Part shown: piece by piece, positions 28,063 to 38,932 of the stretch
Numbering within the stretch: position 1 is the first letter of the stretch
Layout: every line of letters starts with the position of its first letter
Source of the DNA: Minisyncoccia bacterium
GTDB taxonomy: Bacteria; Patescibacteriota; Minisyncoccia; Phycocordibacterales; UBA9973
NCBI GenBank assembly: GCA_038251535.1
Contig: JBBSBF010000002.1
Span: forward strand, 2,220-66,219
DNA: 64,000 nt
Direction of reading: 5' to 3'
Position numbers and translations under genes: made by a program
The notes under the pieces: model-generated
The model's database searches: none
Seen by the model: the letters and a program-made list of their open reading frames with translations, nothing else
What the model was told of the DNA's origin: nothing

Positions 28063-28647
28063 ATGCACACCGTTCATCATACGAAAGCAGTTGTTATCAA
28101 AAGCCAGCCGTCTGGTGAGGCAAATAAGTTGTTTTGGTTATTTACCCGAGACCACGGACTGGTAGTCGCTTTGGCGACTGGAGTACGACTTGCTGGTGCC
28201 AAACTCAAAGGTCAAACTCGAGACTACACCGTGCTCGATGTTGATTTGGTGCAGGGACGTGAAGTGTGGAGGCTTGTGAGTGCCGTGCATGACATCGATC
28301 CTCTAAAGGAAACGCTCCGAGAACCAATAGCTCGGTCATATATACGAAACCTCGCCACACTCGAGCGATTTGTAACTGAGGAAAATCCGCACCCAGAGCT
28401 TTTTGCACACATACTAGAGTGCGCCATGGTTGCCGAGTATAAAGCCCTCGATCAGAAAGTAGTCCGTGCATATGATGCGATCGGTATCTGGCGGACACTG
28501 ATTCATCTAGGATACATCGCCGTTGATGACAAAGACAGCGGATTGTTCACCGACCCCATACTCCACGTTGCGTTACAGCTCAGTACAGAGAAACTCAAAC
28601 AATTGGTCAAAGTAGTAACTGAGGCTATAAAAGAAACACATCTTTGA
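28063..28647 (+). CDS. recO: DNA repair protein RecO-like (short)
   Basis: The N-terminal OB-fold pattern matches RecO (AVVIKSQPSGEANKLFWLFTRDHGLVVALATGVRL). At 194 aa it is shorter than canonical RecO. Confidence 0.45.
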   Translation: MHTVHHTKAVVIKSQPSGEANKLFWLFTRDHGLVVALATGVRLAGAKLKGQTRDYTVLDVDLVQGREVWRLVSAVHDIDPLKETLREPIARSYIRNLATLERFVTEENPHPELFAHILECAMVAEYKALDQKVVRAYDAIGIWRTLIHLGYIAVDDKDSGLFTDPILHVALQLSTEKLKQLVKVVTEAIKETHL

Positions 28648-28659
28648 TATACTGTAGCT

Positions 28660-30549
28660 ATGTCAGAAGAAAAGATTGGATACCTCGAAGCCCTACAAAA
28701 AAGTCTCTATAGTCGCAATCCGGAAAATCTTCCAAAGCGCAAATTTGGTATTCTCCATCCAGTGCGGCAAAAGGCGACATCGACATGGGGAGATACAGAG
28801 CTACCAGAAGAAAAACCAACCAAACATAACGGTGCTTCAGGATACAAACGATTTTTTGTATTTGCAGTATTCTTTTTTGCGATTGCACTCGGGGCTGCAC
28901 TATTTTCATACTATCGAGGTGCGGTCACGCTTTCGAGCAAAAACGTTGACCTGACGATACTCGGCAACTCATTTGTGGGTGGAGGAGAGGAGCTTCCCGT
29001 ACAGATAGAAGTAGCAAATAAAAACTCAGTCGACCTCACCAATGCAGAGCTCGTCATCAACTATCCAAAAGGTGCAACTGACGAAACAGGGAGTGATGTC
29101 GTACGGATCGTGCGACCGATGGGGACGATCATGAGCGGCAAGACAAAGAGCGAGGACTTCATCGCCATTCTCTATGGTGAACAGGGGATCAGCCGTGACA
29201 TCAAGGCAACGTTGACATATCAACTCAAAGGTTCAAGTGCGACATTTCAAAAAGAAACAACGTATTCTGTCATGGTGAGTTCAAGCCCCGTCGGACTTAC
29301 CGTTGACGCGCCTACTGCAGTCGTGTCAAACCAGTCATTTACGTTGACTCTTCACAATACGTTTTCGGGGGACAAACTACTCAACAATGTCGTTACTCGA
29401 GTCGAATATCCAAACGGATTTATATTTCAGTCAGCAGTCCCGGCTCCCGCAAACGGTTCAAATGTTTGGAGTCTCGGAGATCTCCAAAAGGGTGATGAGC
29501 GTACCATCACGATCATTGGCAAGCTGATCGGAGAAGAAAATGATGAGAAGGCATTTCGTATTTACATTGGTACACCCGAAAGTGATACGAGTAGCAAGAT
29601 TGCAGTTGCGTACAACTCTGCGCTCGCGACACTGCATATCACGCAGCCATTTATTGCTGGCGCTATAAGTGTTGCTGACAAAACTGACGACATCATCGCG
29701 CTTACTATTGGAGACAAGGTGAACGGACGTGTTTCTTGGATGAACACTTCATCACAAACTATCACCAACCCTACGTTCACACTTGCTTTAAAGGGAGACA
29801 GTATCGACGAGGCTTCGATTGCAGCAGCAAACAGCTACTACGACCCGCTCGAAAAAACTATTTCTTGGACCGCTGATTCGGATAGTGCCATCAGTACCAT
29901 CGCCCCTGGTACCAAGGGAGAGTTGCCATTTTCATTTAACACAAAGACAAGTAGTGGTTCACGAGATATTTCTCTCGACCTATCTATTAGCGGCACTGTT
30001 CCTGATAGAGATAATCAAATACAAACTATCAACACGATCGATCAAAAGATCATCCGTTTTGCTTCCACTATACAGTTTGGTGCGCAGTCGCTTTACTCCA
30101 TTGGTCCTATCAAAAATACCGGTCCATACCCACCAAAGGCAAATGCTGACACGACCTATACCGTGACGTGGACCTTGCTTCCTACTGACAATCCGCTCAG
30201 CAATGTTGCCGTCAGTGCGCCGTTACCAGACGGAGTCAACTGGACCAATGTCATCGTTCCGAGTACTGAAAGTATCACTTTTAATCCTGATACCAAACTA
30301 GTGACATGGACCGTGGGTTCACTGCCAAGGGCAACCGCGATACCTAAAAACAAAACTGCCTCATTTCAAGTAAAGGTAAAGCCAACTAAAACTCAGGTCG
30401 GAAGTACGGTCTCGCTCCTCGGAGAGAGTACGGTTACTGCTACCGATAGTGTCACGACGACTCCGATAACGATAGTGAAGCCAACACTAACGACTAAATT
30501 TGACACAGACCCTATCTATACCGAAGGGCGCGATCGTGTGGTACCATGA
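28660..30549 (+). CDS. large membrane-anchored hypothetical protein with repeated beta-rich extracellular domains
   Basis: Cytoplasmic N-terminus, one TM helix, then about 540 aa of Thr/Ser-rich repeats. Its end overlaps the glyQS start by 4 nt. Confidence 0.6.
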   Translation: MSEEKIGYLEALQKSLYSRNPENLPKRKFGILHPVRQKATSTWGDTELPEEKPTKHNGASGYKRFFVFAVFFFAIALGAALFSYYRGAVTLSSKNVDLTILGNSFVGGGEELPVQIEVANKNSVDLTNAELVINYPKGATDETGSDVVRIVRPMGTIMSGKTKSEDFIAILYGEQGISRDIKATLTYQLKGSSATFQKETTYSVMVSSSPVGLTVDAPTAVVSNQSFTLTLHNTFSGDKLLNNVVTRVEYPNGFIFQSAVPAPANGSNVWSLGDLQKGDERTITIIGKLIGEENDEKAFRIYIGTPESDTSSKIAVAYNSALATLHITQPFIAGAISVADKTDDIIALTIGDKVNGRVSWMNTSSQTITNPTFTLALKGDSIDEASIAAANSYYDPLEKTISWTADSDSAISTIAPGTKGELPFSFNTKTSSGSRDISLDLSISGTVPDRDNQIQTINTIDQKIIRFASTIQFGAQSLYSIGPIKNTGPYPPKANADTTYTVTWTLLPTDNPLSNVAVSAPLPDGVNWTNVIVPSTESITFNPDTKLVTWTVGSLPRATAIPKNKTASFQVKVKPTKTQVGSTVSLLGESTVTATDSVTTTPITIVKPTLTTKFDTDPIYTEGRDRVVP

Positions 30550-31925
30550 TGCCTATGGATGAAAAAAAGGTCTCAATGGAAGAAATAGTCAGTCTGTGCA
30601 AGCGCCGGGGATTTGTGTTTCAATCGAGTGAAATATATGGTGGATTGGCTGGATTTTGGGATTTTGGCCCACTCGGCGTAGAGCTTGCAAATAACATAAA
30701 AAAAGAATGGTGGAATGCAATAGTGCATGAGAGTGAAAACATCTTTGGTATTGATGGTGCAATCATCCAAAATCCTAAACTATGGGAAGCAAGTGGTCAT
30801 GTCGCTGGGTTTACCGATCCGCTAGTAGAAGACATTGTTACGCACAAGCGATATCGTGCCGATCATCTTGCAGGGGTCGATAGTAATGATGTTCTAGAAT
30901 TGACTCGATTGCTCAAAGACAAACTTTCTCCCGAAGGTAATGCGTTAGGGCCTGTGCGCACATTTAATATGATGATGAAGACTTTTGTGGGACCGATCGA
31001 AAATACTGAGAGTGTTGCGTATTTGCGTCCAGAGACCGCTGGTTCAATCTTTGTTAATTACAAAAATGTGCTCGATACAATGCGCGCAAAAGTACCGTTT
31101 GGTATCGCACAGATTGGCAAGGCATTTCGCAACGAAATATCCCCTCGTGACTTTATCTTTCGCGTGCGAGAACTTGAGCAAATGGAAATGCAATATTTTA
31201 CCTGGCCAAAAAATCAGGATGAGACATACGAATATTGGCGAAATTTTGCGTGGAGATTCCTTGTTGACCGTATGAGCATTGGTGAGAGTAATTTACAATG
31301 GCATGAACACGCTCCCGATGAGCGAGCACATTATGCTGCGGCTGCACACGATATTTATTTTAAATTCCCACATGGCTTCAAAGAATTGTGGGGCACACAT
31401 AACCGTACTGATTTTGATTTAAATAGCCATCAAAAAATGAGCGGTGCAGAATTGACATACTTTGATGAAGAAACAAAAGAACGTTTTGTGCCGTATATCA
31501 TTGAATCCTCAGTTGGTGTTGGACGTATGCTGCTCGCCGTACTGACGAATGCATATACCGAAGTCGGCGAAGGAGATGATGCACATGTCGTGTTGAAACT
31601 TAAACCTTCGCTTGCTCCGTACAAAGCCTGCGTCTCACCCCTTCTTAAAAACAAACCTGAACTTGTTTCAAAAGCTCGTGAAGTATTTCTCATGCTCAAA
31701 AAATCATTTGGATCCATCGTTTGGGATGATAACGGCAACATCGGCAAACGCTATAGGAGACAAGACGAGATCGGTACGCCGTACTGCATCGTGATTGATT
31801 TTGATACTCTAGGTGAAAATCCTGAGCTACTTAATACGGTAACAGTTCGTGACCGAGACACAGGACAGCAGGAGCGGATTGCGATCGGAGAGTTAGAAAG
31901 ATATATAAGTGAGAAAATAAAATAA
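30546..31925 (+). CDS. glyQS: glycine--tRNA ligase (alpha2 dimeric type)
   Basis: Class II motifs matching GlyRS: RGFVFQSSEIYGGLAGFWDFGPLG, FRNEISPRDFIFRVREL and SSVGVGRMLLAVL. Confidence 0.9.
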   Translation: MMPMDEKKVSMEEIVSLCKRRGFVFQSSEIYGGLAGFWDFGPLGVELANNIKKEWWNAIVHESENIFGIDGAIIQNPKLWEASGHVAGFTDPLVEDIVTHKRYRADHLAGVDSNDVLELTRLLKDKLSPEGNALGPVRTFNMMMKTFVGPIENTESVAYLRPETAGSIFVNYKNVLDTMRAKVPFGIAQIGKAFRNEISPRDFIFRVRELEQMEMQYFTWPKNQDETYEYWRNFAWRFLVDRMSIGESNLQWHEHAPDERAHYAAAAHDIYFKFPHGFKELWGTHNRTDFDLNSHQKMSGAELTYFDEETKERFVPYIIESSVGVGRMLLAVLTNAYTEVGEGDDAHVVLKLKPSLAPYKACVSPLLKNKPELVSKAREVFLMLKKSFGSIVWDDNGNIGKRYRRQDEIGTPYCIVIDFDTLGENPELLNTVTVRDRDTGQQERIAIGELERYISEKIK

Positions 31926-32189
31926 CCCTCAGTAGGGTTATTAGGCTTCATTGATTATGTCGCTTTTCATGTTTTTCAGTTCTCTTTTTTTCAATAATTA
32001 TTATTATTGTGACAAGAGACACAATAATAAGTATATATATAAGAAACGGAACATAGTCAAAGAAGTTATTCCAAAATCCAGTTGTTGAATATTTCATACA
32101 TACAAGTTTTGGTACTTATATAGAATACTCTCTTGGAAAAAATGTTGCAAGAGTTGCCCTGATGCTACTTTTCCTATTTAATACACCAT

Positions 32190-33464
32190 ATGAAAAAACC
32201 AATCCTCAAAACACTTCCAAACGGCTTGCGTGTACTCGTTATTCCAGAGCCAAATGCACTGACGTTGACCACATTGGTTCTGGTAGGTACTGGATCAAAG
32301 TACGAAACAAAGGCTGAAAACGGTCTTTCTCATTTTCTTGAGCATATGTGTTTCAAGGGAACAACGGCACTGCCATCTTCTCGGGCAGTCATGGAGACAT
32401 TTGATCGTATCGGATCAGTAGTAAATGCGTTTACGTCAAATGAGTATACGGGGTACTATGCAAAAGGCAGTCCAAAACATTTGAAAAAATTTGTCACAGT
32501 ACTCAGTGATATCTATATGAACTCCACGTTTCCTGAAAAGGAGATTGAAAAAGAAAAAGGGGTCGTTATCGAAGAAATCAACATGTACGAAGATATTCCA
32601 CAACATAGGGTGGGGCAGGCACTGACGACGTTGGTCTATGGAGACCAGCCAGTTGGATGGCCAATATTGGGCACGAAGGAGACTGTACGATCATTTACAC
32701 GACAGGATTTTATGCGATACAAGACCAAGCACTATCACGCAAAAAACACGATTGTTGTAGTTTCCGGTCCTGTCGAAGTAAAAGATGTGCAGGCATTGGT
32801 TCTAGATTCATTTGGGAAACTCGATGCTTCTGCGGCAACAAAAAAGAAAAAAGTGGCTGTCTCAAAAAAAACATTCAAAAGTGTTGTGGTGAACAAAAAG
32901 TCTGATCAAGCACATATGGTACTCGGGTTTCATTCGTTACCATACGGACATCGTGACAACCCGGCGATCGGTTTGCTCGCAACGGTCTTGGGGCGAGGAA
33001 TGAGCTCGCGGTTGTTTCAAGTACTTCGCGAAGAGATGGGGGCGGCATACTACGTTAGTTGTGGTAACGACACACAGACGGATACCGGGTTGTTTGAGAT
33101 TAGTGCGGGGATAGATAGTTCGAGACCAAACGTTATCTTGGAACGAATTTGTAGTATGCTCTCCAGTATGAAAGAAACACTTATCTCAGAACAAGAATTA
33201 CAAAAGGCACTTGAATACACACTCGGTATGATGCGTCTTGGACTAGAATCAAGCGATGATATGGCTGGTTTTTATGGAGCGCAGGTATTGATGAAGGGAG
33301 GGTTCAAGACTTTTGCGGAGATTGCAAGCGAGTACAAGGCAGTGACGGCAATGGACATCAGGCGAGTAGCGCGAAAGATCTTTGTTGCGGAAAACTGTAG
33401 TCTTGCTGTGCTAAGAGAGTTTACAGTCAACGATATAGACACCAAACCCTTTCGTTCCTTGTAA
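32190..33464 (+). CDS. M16-family (pitrilysin-like) zinc peptidase
   Basis: Inverted zinc motif HxxEH (GLSHFLEHMCFKGT) plus the downstream E in EEINMYED. Confidence 0.8.
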   Translation: MKKPILKTLPNGLRVLVIPEPNALTLTTLVLVGTGSKYETKAENGLSHFLEHMCFKGTTALPSSRAVMETFDRIGSVVNAFTSNEYTGYYAKGSPKHLKKFVTVLSDIYMNSTFPEKEIEKEKGVVIEEINMYEDIPQHRVGQALTTLVYGDQPVGWPILGTKETVRSFTRQDFMRYKTKHYHAKNTIVVVSGPVEVKDVQALVLDSFGKLDASAATKKKKVAVSKKTFKSVVVNKKSDQAHMVLGFHSLPYGHRDNPAIGLLATVLGRGMSSRLFQVLREEMGAAYYVSCGNDTQTDTGLFEISAGIDSSRPNVILERICSMLSSMKETLISEQELQKALEYTLGMMRLGLESSDDMAGFYGAQVLMKGGFKTFAEIASEYKAVTAMDIRRVARKIFVAENCSLAVLREFTVNDIDTKPFRSL

Positions 33465-33494
33465 GTAATAGGTGCCAAATGGTACCATGGTGAT

Positions 33495-34568
33495 ATGCAT
33501 GAAAGTCAGACTCTCAAAGTAAGTAACTCCAGTATAATTAGGGCTATTTTGTTGATTTTGGCAACCTATGTGTTGTTCTTGCTTCGGGATATTTTATTAC
33601 TCGTTCTTGTTTCGATCGTCATCGCGTCGTTTGTGGAAGCTGGAGTTCACGCACTTTCAAAATACAAAATTAGCCGCATGGTCAGTGTGCCCATCATTTT
33701 TGCACTAACGATACTGATCGTATTTGCTATTTTTTATGCATTTGTTCCAATCATTGTTCGTGAACTTTCTGATATGTTGGCCTTGTTGTTCAAGTATTTG
33801 CCAGCTGATTCACCGATCAACCAACAGTCGATCCAGGGGGCGTCCGACTTTGTCGGTGCAATTACAAAACAATCATCATTCACTGATCTGTTGAGTAGTA
33901 TCAAGAGTGCGAGTGGAGTGCTGTCTCAAGGCGCAACATCATTTATCGGCTCAACATTTGGAGGACTGGTGAACTTTATATTGGTCGTTGTTATGTCGTT
34001 TTATCTATCTATCCAAGAAAAAGGTATCGATGCTTTTTTGCGACTCCTCACTCCTGTCCGCAATGAAAAATACGTACTCGATCTATGGACTCGCACGCAG
34101 CGCAAAATCGGACTTTGGTTCAAAGGACAACTCCTCCTGGGATTTATCGTCGGGGCTATCACGTTTATCGTACTCGCACTTTTGGGAGTTCAATATGCAT
34201 TTTTGATCGGATTGATCAGTGGAATCGCAGAACTTATCCCATTTGGGATTATATTTGCTGCGGTACCGGCTATACTTTTTGCAGTGATAGGCGGAGGGGC
34301 ACTCCTTGGTGTAAAAGTACTTATTTTTTATGTCGTAGTCCAACAGGTTGAAAGTTATGTATTGAGTCCTATTGTTGCTCGACGTATTGTCGGTATCCCG
34401 CCGCTCGTTGTGTTGCTCGCATTTTTAGTCGGTATTACGCTCGCTGGGTTCTGGGGGGCACTGGTTGCGATGCCTGTTGCAGTCTTTATGCTCGAGTACA
34501 TGAGTGATGTTGAAAAGAGACGACTCGCCCCGGTGAAGAAAAACCCAGGAGGTAATCCACTCGAATAA
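33495..34568 (+). CDS. AI-2E family transporter (UPF0118 / PerM-like)
   Basis: About 350 aa with 7-8 TM helices and a family-like topology. The call rests on overall architecture only. Confidence 0.5.
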   Translation: MHESQTLKVSNSSIIRAILLILATYVLFLLRDILLLVLVSIVIASFVEAGVHALSKYKISRMVSVPIIFALTILIVFAIFYAFVPIIVRELSDMLALLFKYLPADSPINQQSIQGASDFVGAITKQSSFTDLLSSIKSASGVLSQGATSFIGSTFGGLVNFILVVVMSFYLSIQEKGIDAFLRLLTPVRNEKYVLDLWTRTQRKIGLWFKGQLLLGFIVGAITFIVLALLGVQYAFLIGLISGIAELIPFGIIFAAVPAILFAVIGGGALLGVKVLIFYVVVQQVESYVLSPIVARRIVGIPPLVVLLAFLVGITLAGFWGALVAMPVAVFMLEYMSDVEKRRLAPVKKNPGGNPLE

Positions 34569-34570
34569 CT

Positions 34571-36034
34571 ATGAACAATAAAGACAAAAAGCCTTTTTAT
34601 ATAACGACGACACTACCGTATGTAAACGCAGCACCGCATGTCGGCTTTGCACTTGAAATCGTACAAGCGGATGCTATCGCTCGGTATAAACGATTGCAAG
34701 GAACTGAAGTATTTTTTAATACAGGGACTGATGAACACGGACAAAAGATATACCAAGCCGCCAAGGCAAAAGATCAAAAGGTTGAAGCATATGTTGATCA
34801 CTATGCAGAGCAGTTTCGCACTCTCAAAGGATTGTTCGGACTTTCCATCAATCGGTTTATTCGTACCACTGACGTCGGGCACATAGCCGCTGCCCAAGAA
34901 TTATGGAAACGATGCGAGGCGAAAGAGGATATATATAAAAAAAAGTTTAAAGGACTGTACTGTGTGGGGGATGAAATGTTTCTCAAGGAGGGTGATTTGG
35001 TGAACGGTAAATGTCCCAACCACCCAACCATGGATCCAGTGGAAATCGAAGAGGAAAACTATTTCTTCAAATTGAGTGCGTATCAAGAAAAACTACTCGC
35101 ATACCTGGATAGATCGGGTGTGGTTTTGCCAGAATGGCGTCGTCTCGAAGCAATCAAGTTTATTGAACAAGGACTCGAAGACTTTAGTATTTCGCGTGAA
35201 GTAGGTCGTATGAACTGGGGGATACAAGTACCAGGGGATGATACACAGGTGATGTATGTGTGGTTTGACGCGCTGACAAACTATATCTCCACGCTACAGT
35301 GGCCTGACGAAAGTGGAGATTTCAAAAAGTTTTGGCAGGACGGTGAAGTTTTTCAGATGGCTGGTAAAGATCAGGTTCGTTTCCAATCGATCATTTGGCA
35401 AGCAATGCTTATGTCGGCAGGTATCAAAAATACTGACACTGTCATCTATCACGGATTTATCAATTCTGGTGGGCAAAAAATGTCAAAGTCACTAGGCAAT
35501 GTCTTGAGCCCATACGACATGATAGAGGTGCTCGCACCGTTTGCTGGAGATTTTGCAACTGATGCGTTGCGATACTATCTCTTGCGACATGTCAGTATGT
35601 ACGATGATGCAGATATGACCCTTGAAACACTCAAAGAAGCATATCAGGCGAACCTTGCAAATGGTCTCGGCAATCTTGTCTCGCGCATTATGACGCTTTC
35701 AGAAAAGCACTGCGATCCGTGGGAGGGACTACCAGAGACAAAGCTCGCAACAGACATCGATGCATCTATTGCAGTATTTGATATCCAAAAGGCGATGAAT
35801 GCTATCTGGGACGCGATTGGCATGCTCGATGCTGAAATTCAACAAACAGAACCATTTAAGGTGATAAAAGTAGACGAAGATGCGGGTAGGGAACTCATTA
35901 CTCGACACGTACAACTACTCTACACCATCGCCGAATCCCTCACACCGTTTATGCCGACAACGTCAGAGAAGATCATGGGGCTTATAAAACAGAACAAGAA
36001 GCCAGAAAAACCATTATTTGTTCGACTGACATAA
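34571..36034 (+). CDS. metG: methionine--tRNA ligase (core enzyme, no C-terminal tRNA-binding domain)
   Basis: LPYVNAAPHVGFALE at the HIGH position (reads HVGF), KMSKSLGN, and a CPNHP knuckle remnant. Confidence 0.88.
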   Translation: MNNKDKKPFYITTTLPYVNAAPHVGFALEIVQADAIARYKRLQGTEVFFNTGTDEHGQKIYQAAKAKDQKVEAYVDHYAEQFRTLKGLFGLSINRFIRTTDVGHIAAAQELWKRCEAKEDIYKKKFKGLYCVGDEMFLKEGDLVNGKCPNHPTMDPVEIEEENYFFKLSAYQEKLLAYLDRSGVVLPEWRRLEAIKFIEQGLEDFSISREVGRMNWGIQVPGDDTQVMYVWFDALTNYISTLQWPDESGDFKKFWQDGEVFQMAGKDQVRFQSIIWQAMLMSAGIKNTDTVIYHGFINSGGQKMSKSLGNVLSPYDMIEVLAPFAGDFATDALRYYLLRHVSMYDDADMTLETLKEAYQANLANGLGNLVSRIMTLSEKHCDPWEGLPETKLATDIDASIAVFDIQKAMNAIWDAIGMLDAEIQQTEPFKVIKVDEDAGRELITRHVQLLYTIAESLTPFMPTTSEKIMGLIKQNKKPEKPLFVRLT

Positions 36035-36036
36035 AT

Positions 36037-36843
36037 ATGAACATCATCGACACGCACTCACATTTCAACCTCTCGCAGTTCAATGACGATCGTGATGAGG
36101 CCATCGCGCGTATGGTGGAAGCTGGAGTAGGAACGATCTGTATCGGGATTGATTATGCGACGAGTGCGCTCGCGATCCAAATAGCAGAGATTCACCGTGA
36201 TATCAAGGCAATCGTTGGTATTCACCCGACGCACTGGGAAGTGGAATACAACTACGATCAGTTGAAAGTGCTCGCACAGCATCCCGCTGTCGTCGGTATC
36301 GGCGAGTGTGGCCTCGACTACTATAGAGAAAATGACCGTAAGAGCAAGCCCGCACAAAAGGCCTTGTTTCAGGCGCAGATAGATCTCGCACATGAGCTCG
36401 ATCTGCCGCTCATGCTCCATATCAGACCGCAAGAAAATCAAGAGAGAGATTCAAAAGCAGGGAACATGGACGCATACGAAGAAGCGCTTCTCATGCTCCA
36501 AGAAGCTCGAATACACTGGCCGAGTATGCGAGGGACTGCACACTTTTTTGCAGGGACGAAGGAGATCGCAGCACAATTTTTAAACCTTGGGTTTTATATT
36601 TCGTTCTCCGGTGTTATCACCATATTTCCTGAGTATGAAGTAGTCGTCGCATCAGTGCCGATCGATCGCATACTCCCTGAAACTGATGCACCGTTTGCAG
36701 CCCCGGTACCGTATCGGGGTACACGCAACGAACCAGCCTACGTCGTCGAAGTTGTCAAAAAGATCGCCGAAATAAAAGGACTTACTATAAAAGAAACGCA
36801 AGAACAATTACTTAAGAATGCAAAGCATTTGTTTGGTATTTGA
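36037..36843 (+). CDS. tatD: TatD-family metal-dependent deoxyribonuclease/hydrolase
   Basis: IDTHSHFN start, GECGLDYY motif, and the His and Asp of the TIM-barrel metallohydrolase pattern. Confidence 0.88.
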   Translation: MNIIDTHSHFNLSQFNDDRDEAIARMVEAGVGTICIGIDYATSALAIQIAEIHRDIKAIVGIHPTHWEVEYNYDQLKVLAQHPAVVGIGECGLDYYRENDRKSKPAQKALFQAQIDLAHELDLPLMLHIRPQENQERDSKAGNMDAYEEALLMLQEARIHWPSMRGTAHFFAGTKEIAAQFLNLGFYISFSGVITIFPEYEVVVASVPIDRILPETDAPFAAPVPYRGTRNEPAYVVEVVKKIAEIKGLTIKETQEQLLKNAKHLFGI

Positions 36844-36885
36844 TGATTTTAACTAAAAATTGTCAAAACAAGATATACTATAAAT

Positions 36886-37359
36886 ATGGAAAATACAGAT
36901 CAAAATAAAGATAAATCAAGCGATTATATAAAAGATCTATTAAGTACGGGGTTGGGGGAATACTCTTATGATTATGCGGATGCAGCGGCATGGAGACAAA
37001 GTAACTTTTATAAAGTTATTACTATTTTTTATGCAATTATCATAACTCTTTTATTTATTCTTGCTTTCAAGAATAGAGAGTTGATAGATAATAATGTAAT
37101 TTTTTATATCGCTATTTTTATCACAATCATACTCTTCATAATACGGAGGAAAATTATGATTAGAGTGTTAAACAAAATACCAGAAAATATATTGCAGGAT
37201 GAAGTAGCTAAAAAGAATCGTCAACTTGACAATAAGTTTAATAAATTTGCCAATATTGAACTTTCTAATAGTAAAACAATATATAAGACAATTGCCGTTA
37301 TCTTTTTACTAATAGTAGTTATCAGTGTTTCTTTGCTAATTAAATACAGAGTTTTTTAA
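36886..37359 (+). CDS. hypothetical membrane protein (very AT-rich gene)
   Basis: 157 aa with 3 TM helices. Its GC content is clearly below the local average. Confidence 0.4.
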   Translation: MENTDQNKDKSSDYIKDLLSTGLGEYSYDYADAAAWRQSNFYKVITIFYAIIITLLFILAFKNRELIDNNVIFYIAIFITIILFIIRRKIMIRVLNKIPENILQDEVAKKNRQLDNKFNKFANIELSNSKTIYKTIAVIFLLIVVISVSLLIKYRVF

Positions 37360-37414
37360 AAATAAAGTTTTAAATTTATTTTACAAACTTCTCCCAATAG
37401 GGTAGTATGCACCC

Positions 37415-37570
37415 GTAGCCCTATTTCCTGTAGTGGTCTTGCACCGAGGAGTCGAATGACCCTTTTGCTATAGGATATGTCCGAAATAGGCTCCCGATTT
37501 CTTAAACCGTAGGTTTGTAGAAAATCGCAGTCCTTTAGGGCTCCCGGATTGGGAACTCTACAGGGCTCTC
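37415..37570 (+). ncRNA. candidate structured RNA / leader upstream of rpsF
   Basis: Closing stem: gtagccctatttcctgtag at 37415-37433 pairs with ctacagggct at 37558-37567. An internal direct repeat aggctcccgatt / gggctcccggatt is present, and the region has no ORF. Confidence 0.3.
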
Positions 37571-37595
37571 ATTATTAAAAAATACAATAGTTCGT

Positions 37596-38120
37596 ATGAA
37601 AGAAGAAGCAACAAACCGGTTGTACGAGTTGGGATATCTTATTACTCCAACCACAACAGAGTCTGATATATCAAAAGAGGTAGATGTATTGAAAACATCA
37701 ATCACTACAATAGAGGGGGAGATCCACAGTGAAGGAAACCCAGAATTCATCGATCTCGCATACACCATAGAAAAGGATGTTGCGAGTAAAAAGATGAAGT
37801 GGAACCAAGCGTATTTTGGCTGGATCAAATTTACCGCAGACCCTGCAACGCTTGAAACGTTGAAAAAAGAGCTTGATGGCAATTTATCCCTGATCAGGTA
37901 TATACTGGTAAAGACAAACGTCGAGAATACGATTGTCTTTAAAAAGCCAAAAGTAGATGCAAAACGTGAAGTGTTTATGAGTGAAGAAGAGTTGGCAGCA
38001 CTTGAGGAAGCAACTGAAGAGTTGGTCGACGAGCCACAGGATGAACATGAAAAGCTTCCGTCCCTTGATATCGAATCATCTACTCCGTTGCCAGTGAAGT
38101 CAGAAGAAAAAGAGGTATAA
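37596..38120 (+). CDS. rpsF: 30S ribosomal protein S6 with an acidic C-terminal extension
   Basis: N-terminal S6 pattern (YELGYLITP...) and its position in the rpsF-ssb-rpsR order. Confidence 0.7.
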   Translation: MKEEATNRLYELGYLITPTTTESDISKEVDVLKTSITTIEGEIHSEGNPEFIDLAYTIEKDVASKKMKWNQAYFGWIKFTADPATLETLKKELDGNLSLIRYILVKTNVENTIVFKKPKVDAKREVFMSEEELAALEEATEELVDEPQDEHEKLPSLDIESSTPLPVKSEEKEV

Positions 38121-38161
38121 TTTTGCTACTTTCTATTTACTACTAACTACTAACTACTTAT

Positions 38162-38647
38162 ATGTATCTCAACAAAGTATTACTCATAGGAAATCTCACT
38201 CGTGATCCAGAATTGAAAGCACTCCCAACCGGGACAAAGGTAACGAGTCTTGCACTTGCGACAAACCGTACCTGGAAAGATCAACAGGGTATGAAGAAGG
38301 AAAGCGTCGAATACCACAACATCGTCGCATTTGCTCGCCAGGCAGAAGTGATCGCACAGTACTGCAAGAAAGGCTCTTCGCTCTATGTCGAAGGGAGACT
38401 ACAGACCAGATCGTGGGATGCTGCTGACGGTGTGAAGAAATACCGTACAGAGATAGTACTCGAAAGCTTTCAGTTCGGACCAAAGACTGGCGGAAGTGAT
38501 ACTTCGTACTCTGGCGGTTCTACGAGCAGTGCGTCTCGTGGATCTACTATCTCTGATGCAGAAGCTCCACAGGCCGATAGTAAACCTGATCTTGATACGA
38601 TCGAATACCCAGACGAAGAGATCAATCTCGAAGATATCCCATTTTAA
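38162..38647 (+). CDS. ssb: single-stranded DNA-binding protein
   Basis: OB-fold SSB signature ([16 protein letters not shown]...), a Gly/Ser-rich tail, and an acidic DIPF C-terminus. Confidence 0.9.
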   Translation: MYLNKVLLIGNLTRDPELKALPTGTKVTSLALATNRTWKDQQGMKKESVEYHNIVAFARQAEVIAQYCKKGSSLYVEGRLQTRSWDAADGVKKYRTEIVLESFQFGPKTGGSDTSYSGGSTSSASRGSTISDAEAPQADSKPDLDTIEYPDEEINLEDIPF

Positions 38648-38664
38648 CCATTAGAAAAATATTT

Positions 38665-38865
38665 ATGAAAAACGATTACTTTAACGCAAACAGTATCCGG
38701 TTCATCGACTACAAAGACCTCGATAGTCTCAAAAAGTTCTTGAATCCAAACGGACGCATCCTCGGACGCAAACGTACCGGGCTTGCTGCAAAAAACCAGC
38801 GCCTTGTCGCAGAAGCAGTCAAACGAGCACGATTTATGGCACTATTGCCATTCGTTGCAAATTAA
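38665..38865 (+). CDS. rpsR: 30S ribosomal protein S18
   Basis: S18 signature ([43 protein letters not shown]). Confidence 0.9.
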   Translation: MKNDYFNANSIRFIDYKDLDSLKKFLNPNGRILGRKRTGLAAKNQRLVAEAVKRARFMALLPFVAN

Positions 38866-38875
38866 GTAAGGTGAT

Positions 38876-38904
38876 AAAAACCCCTCACTATGAGGGGTTT
38901 TTAT
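38876..38904 (+). terminator. rho-independent terminator
   Basis: aaaaacccctcactatgaggggttttt. Confidence 0.7.
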
Positions 38905-38932
38905 ATGCTATAGTGATACAAATTTATTTGTT

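Noticed and set aside
36886-37359. The AT-rich membrane-protein gene as a horizontally acquired island
   Set aside because: The GC drop is confined to a single short gene with no flanking repeats, integrase or tRNA. Low-complexity TM proteins are often AT-rich in such genomes.
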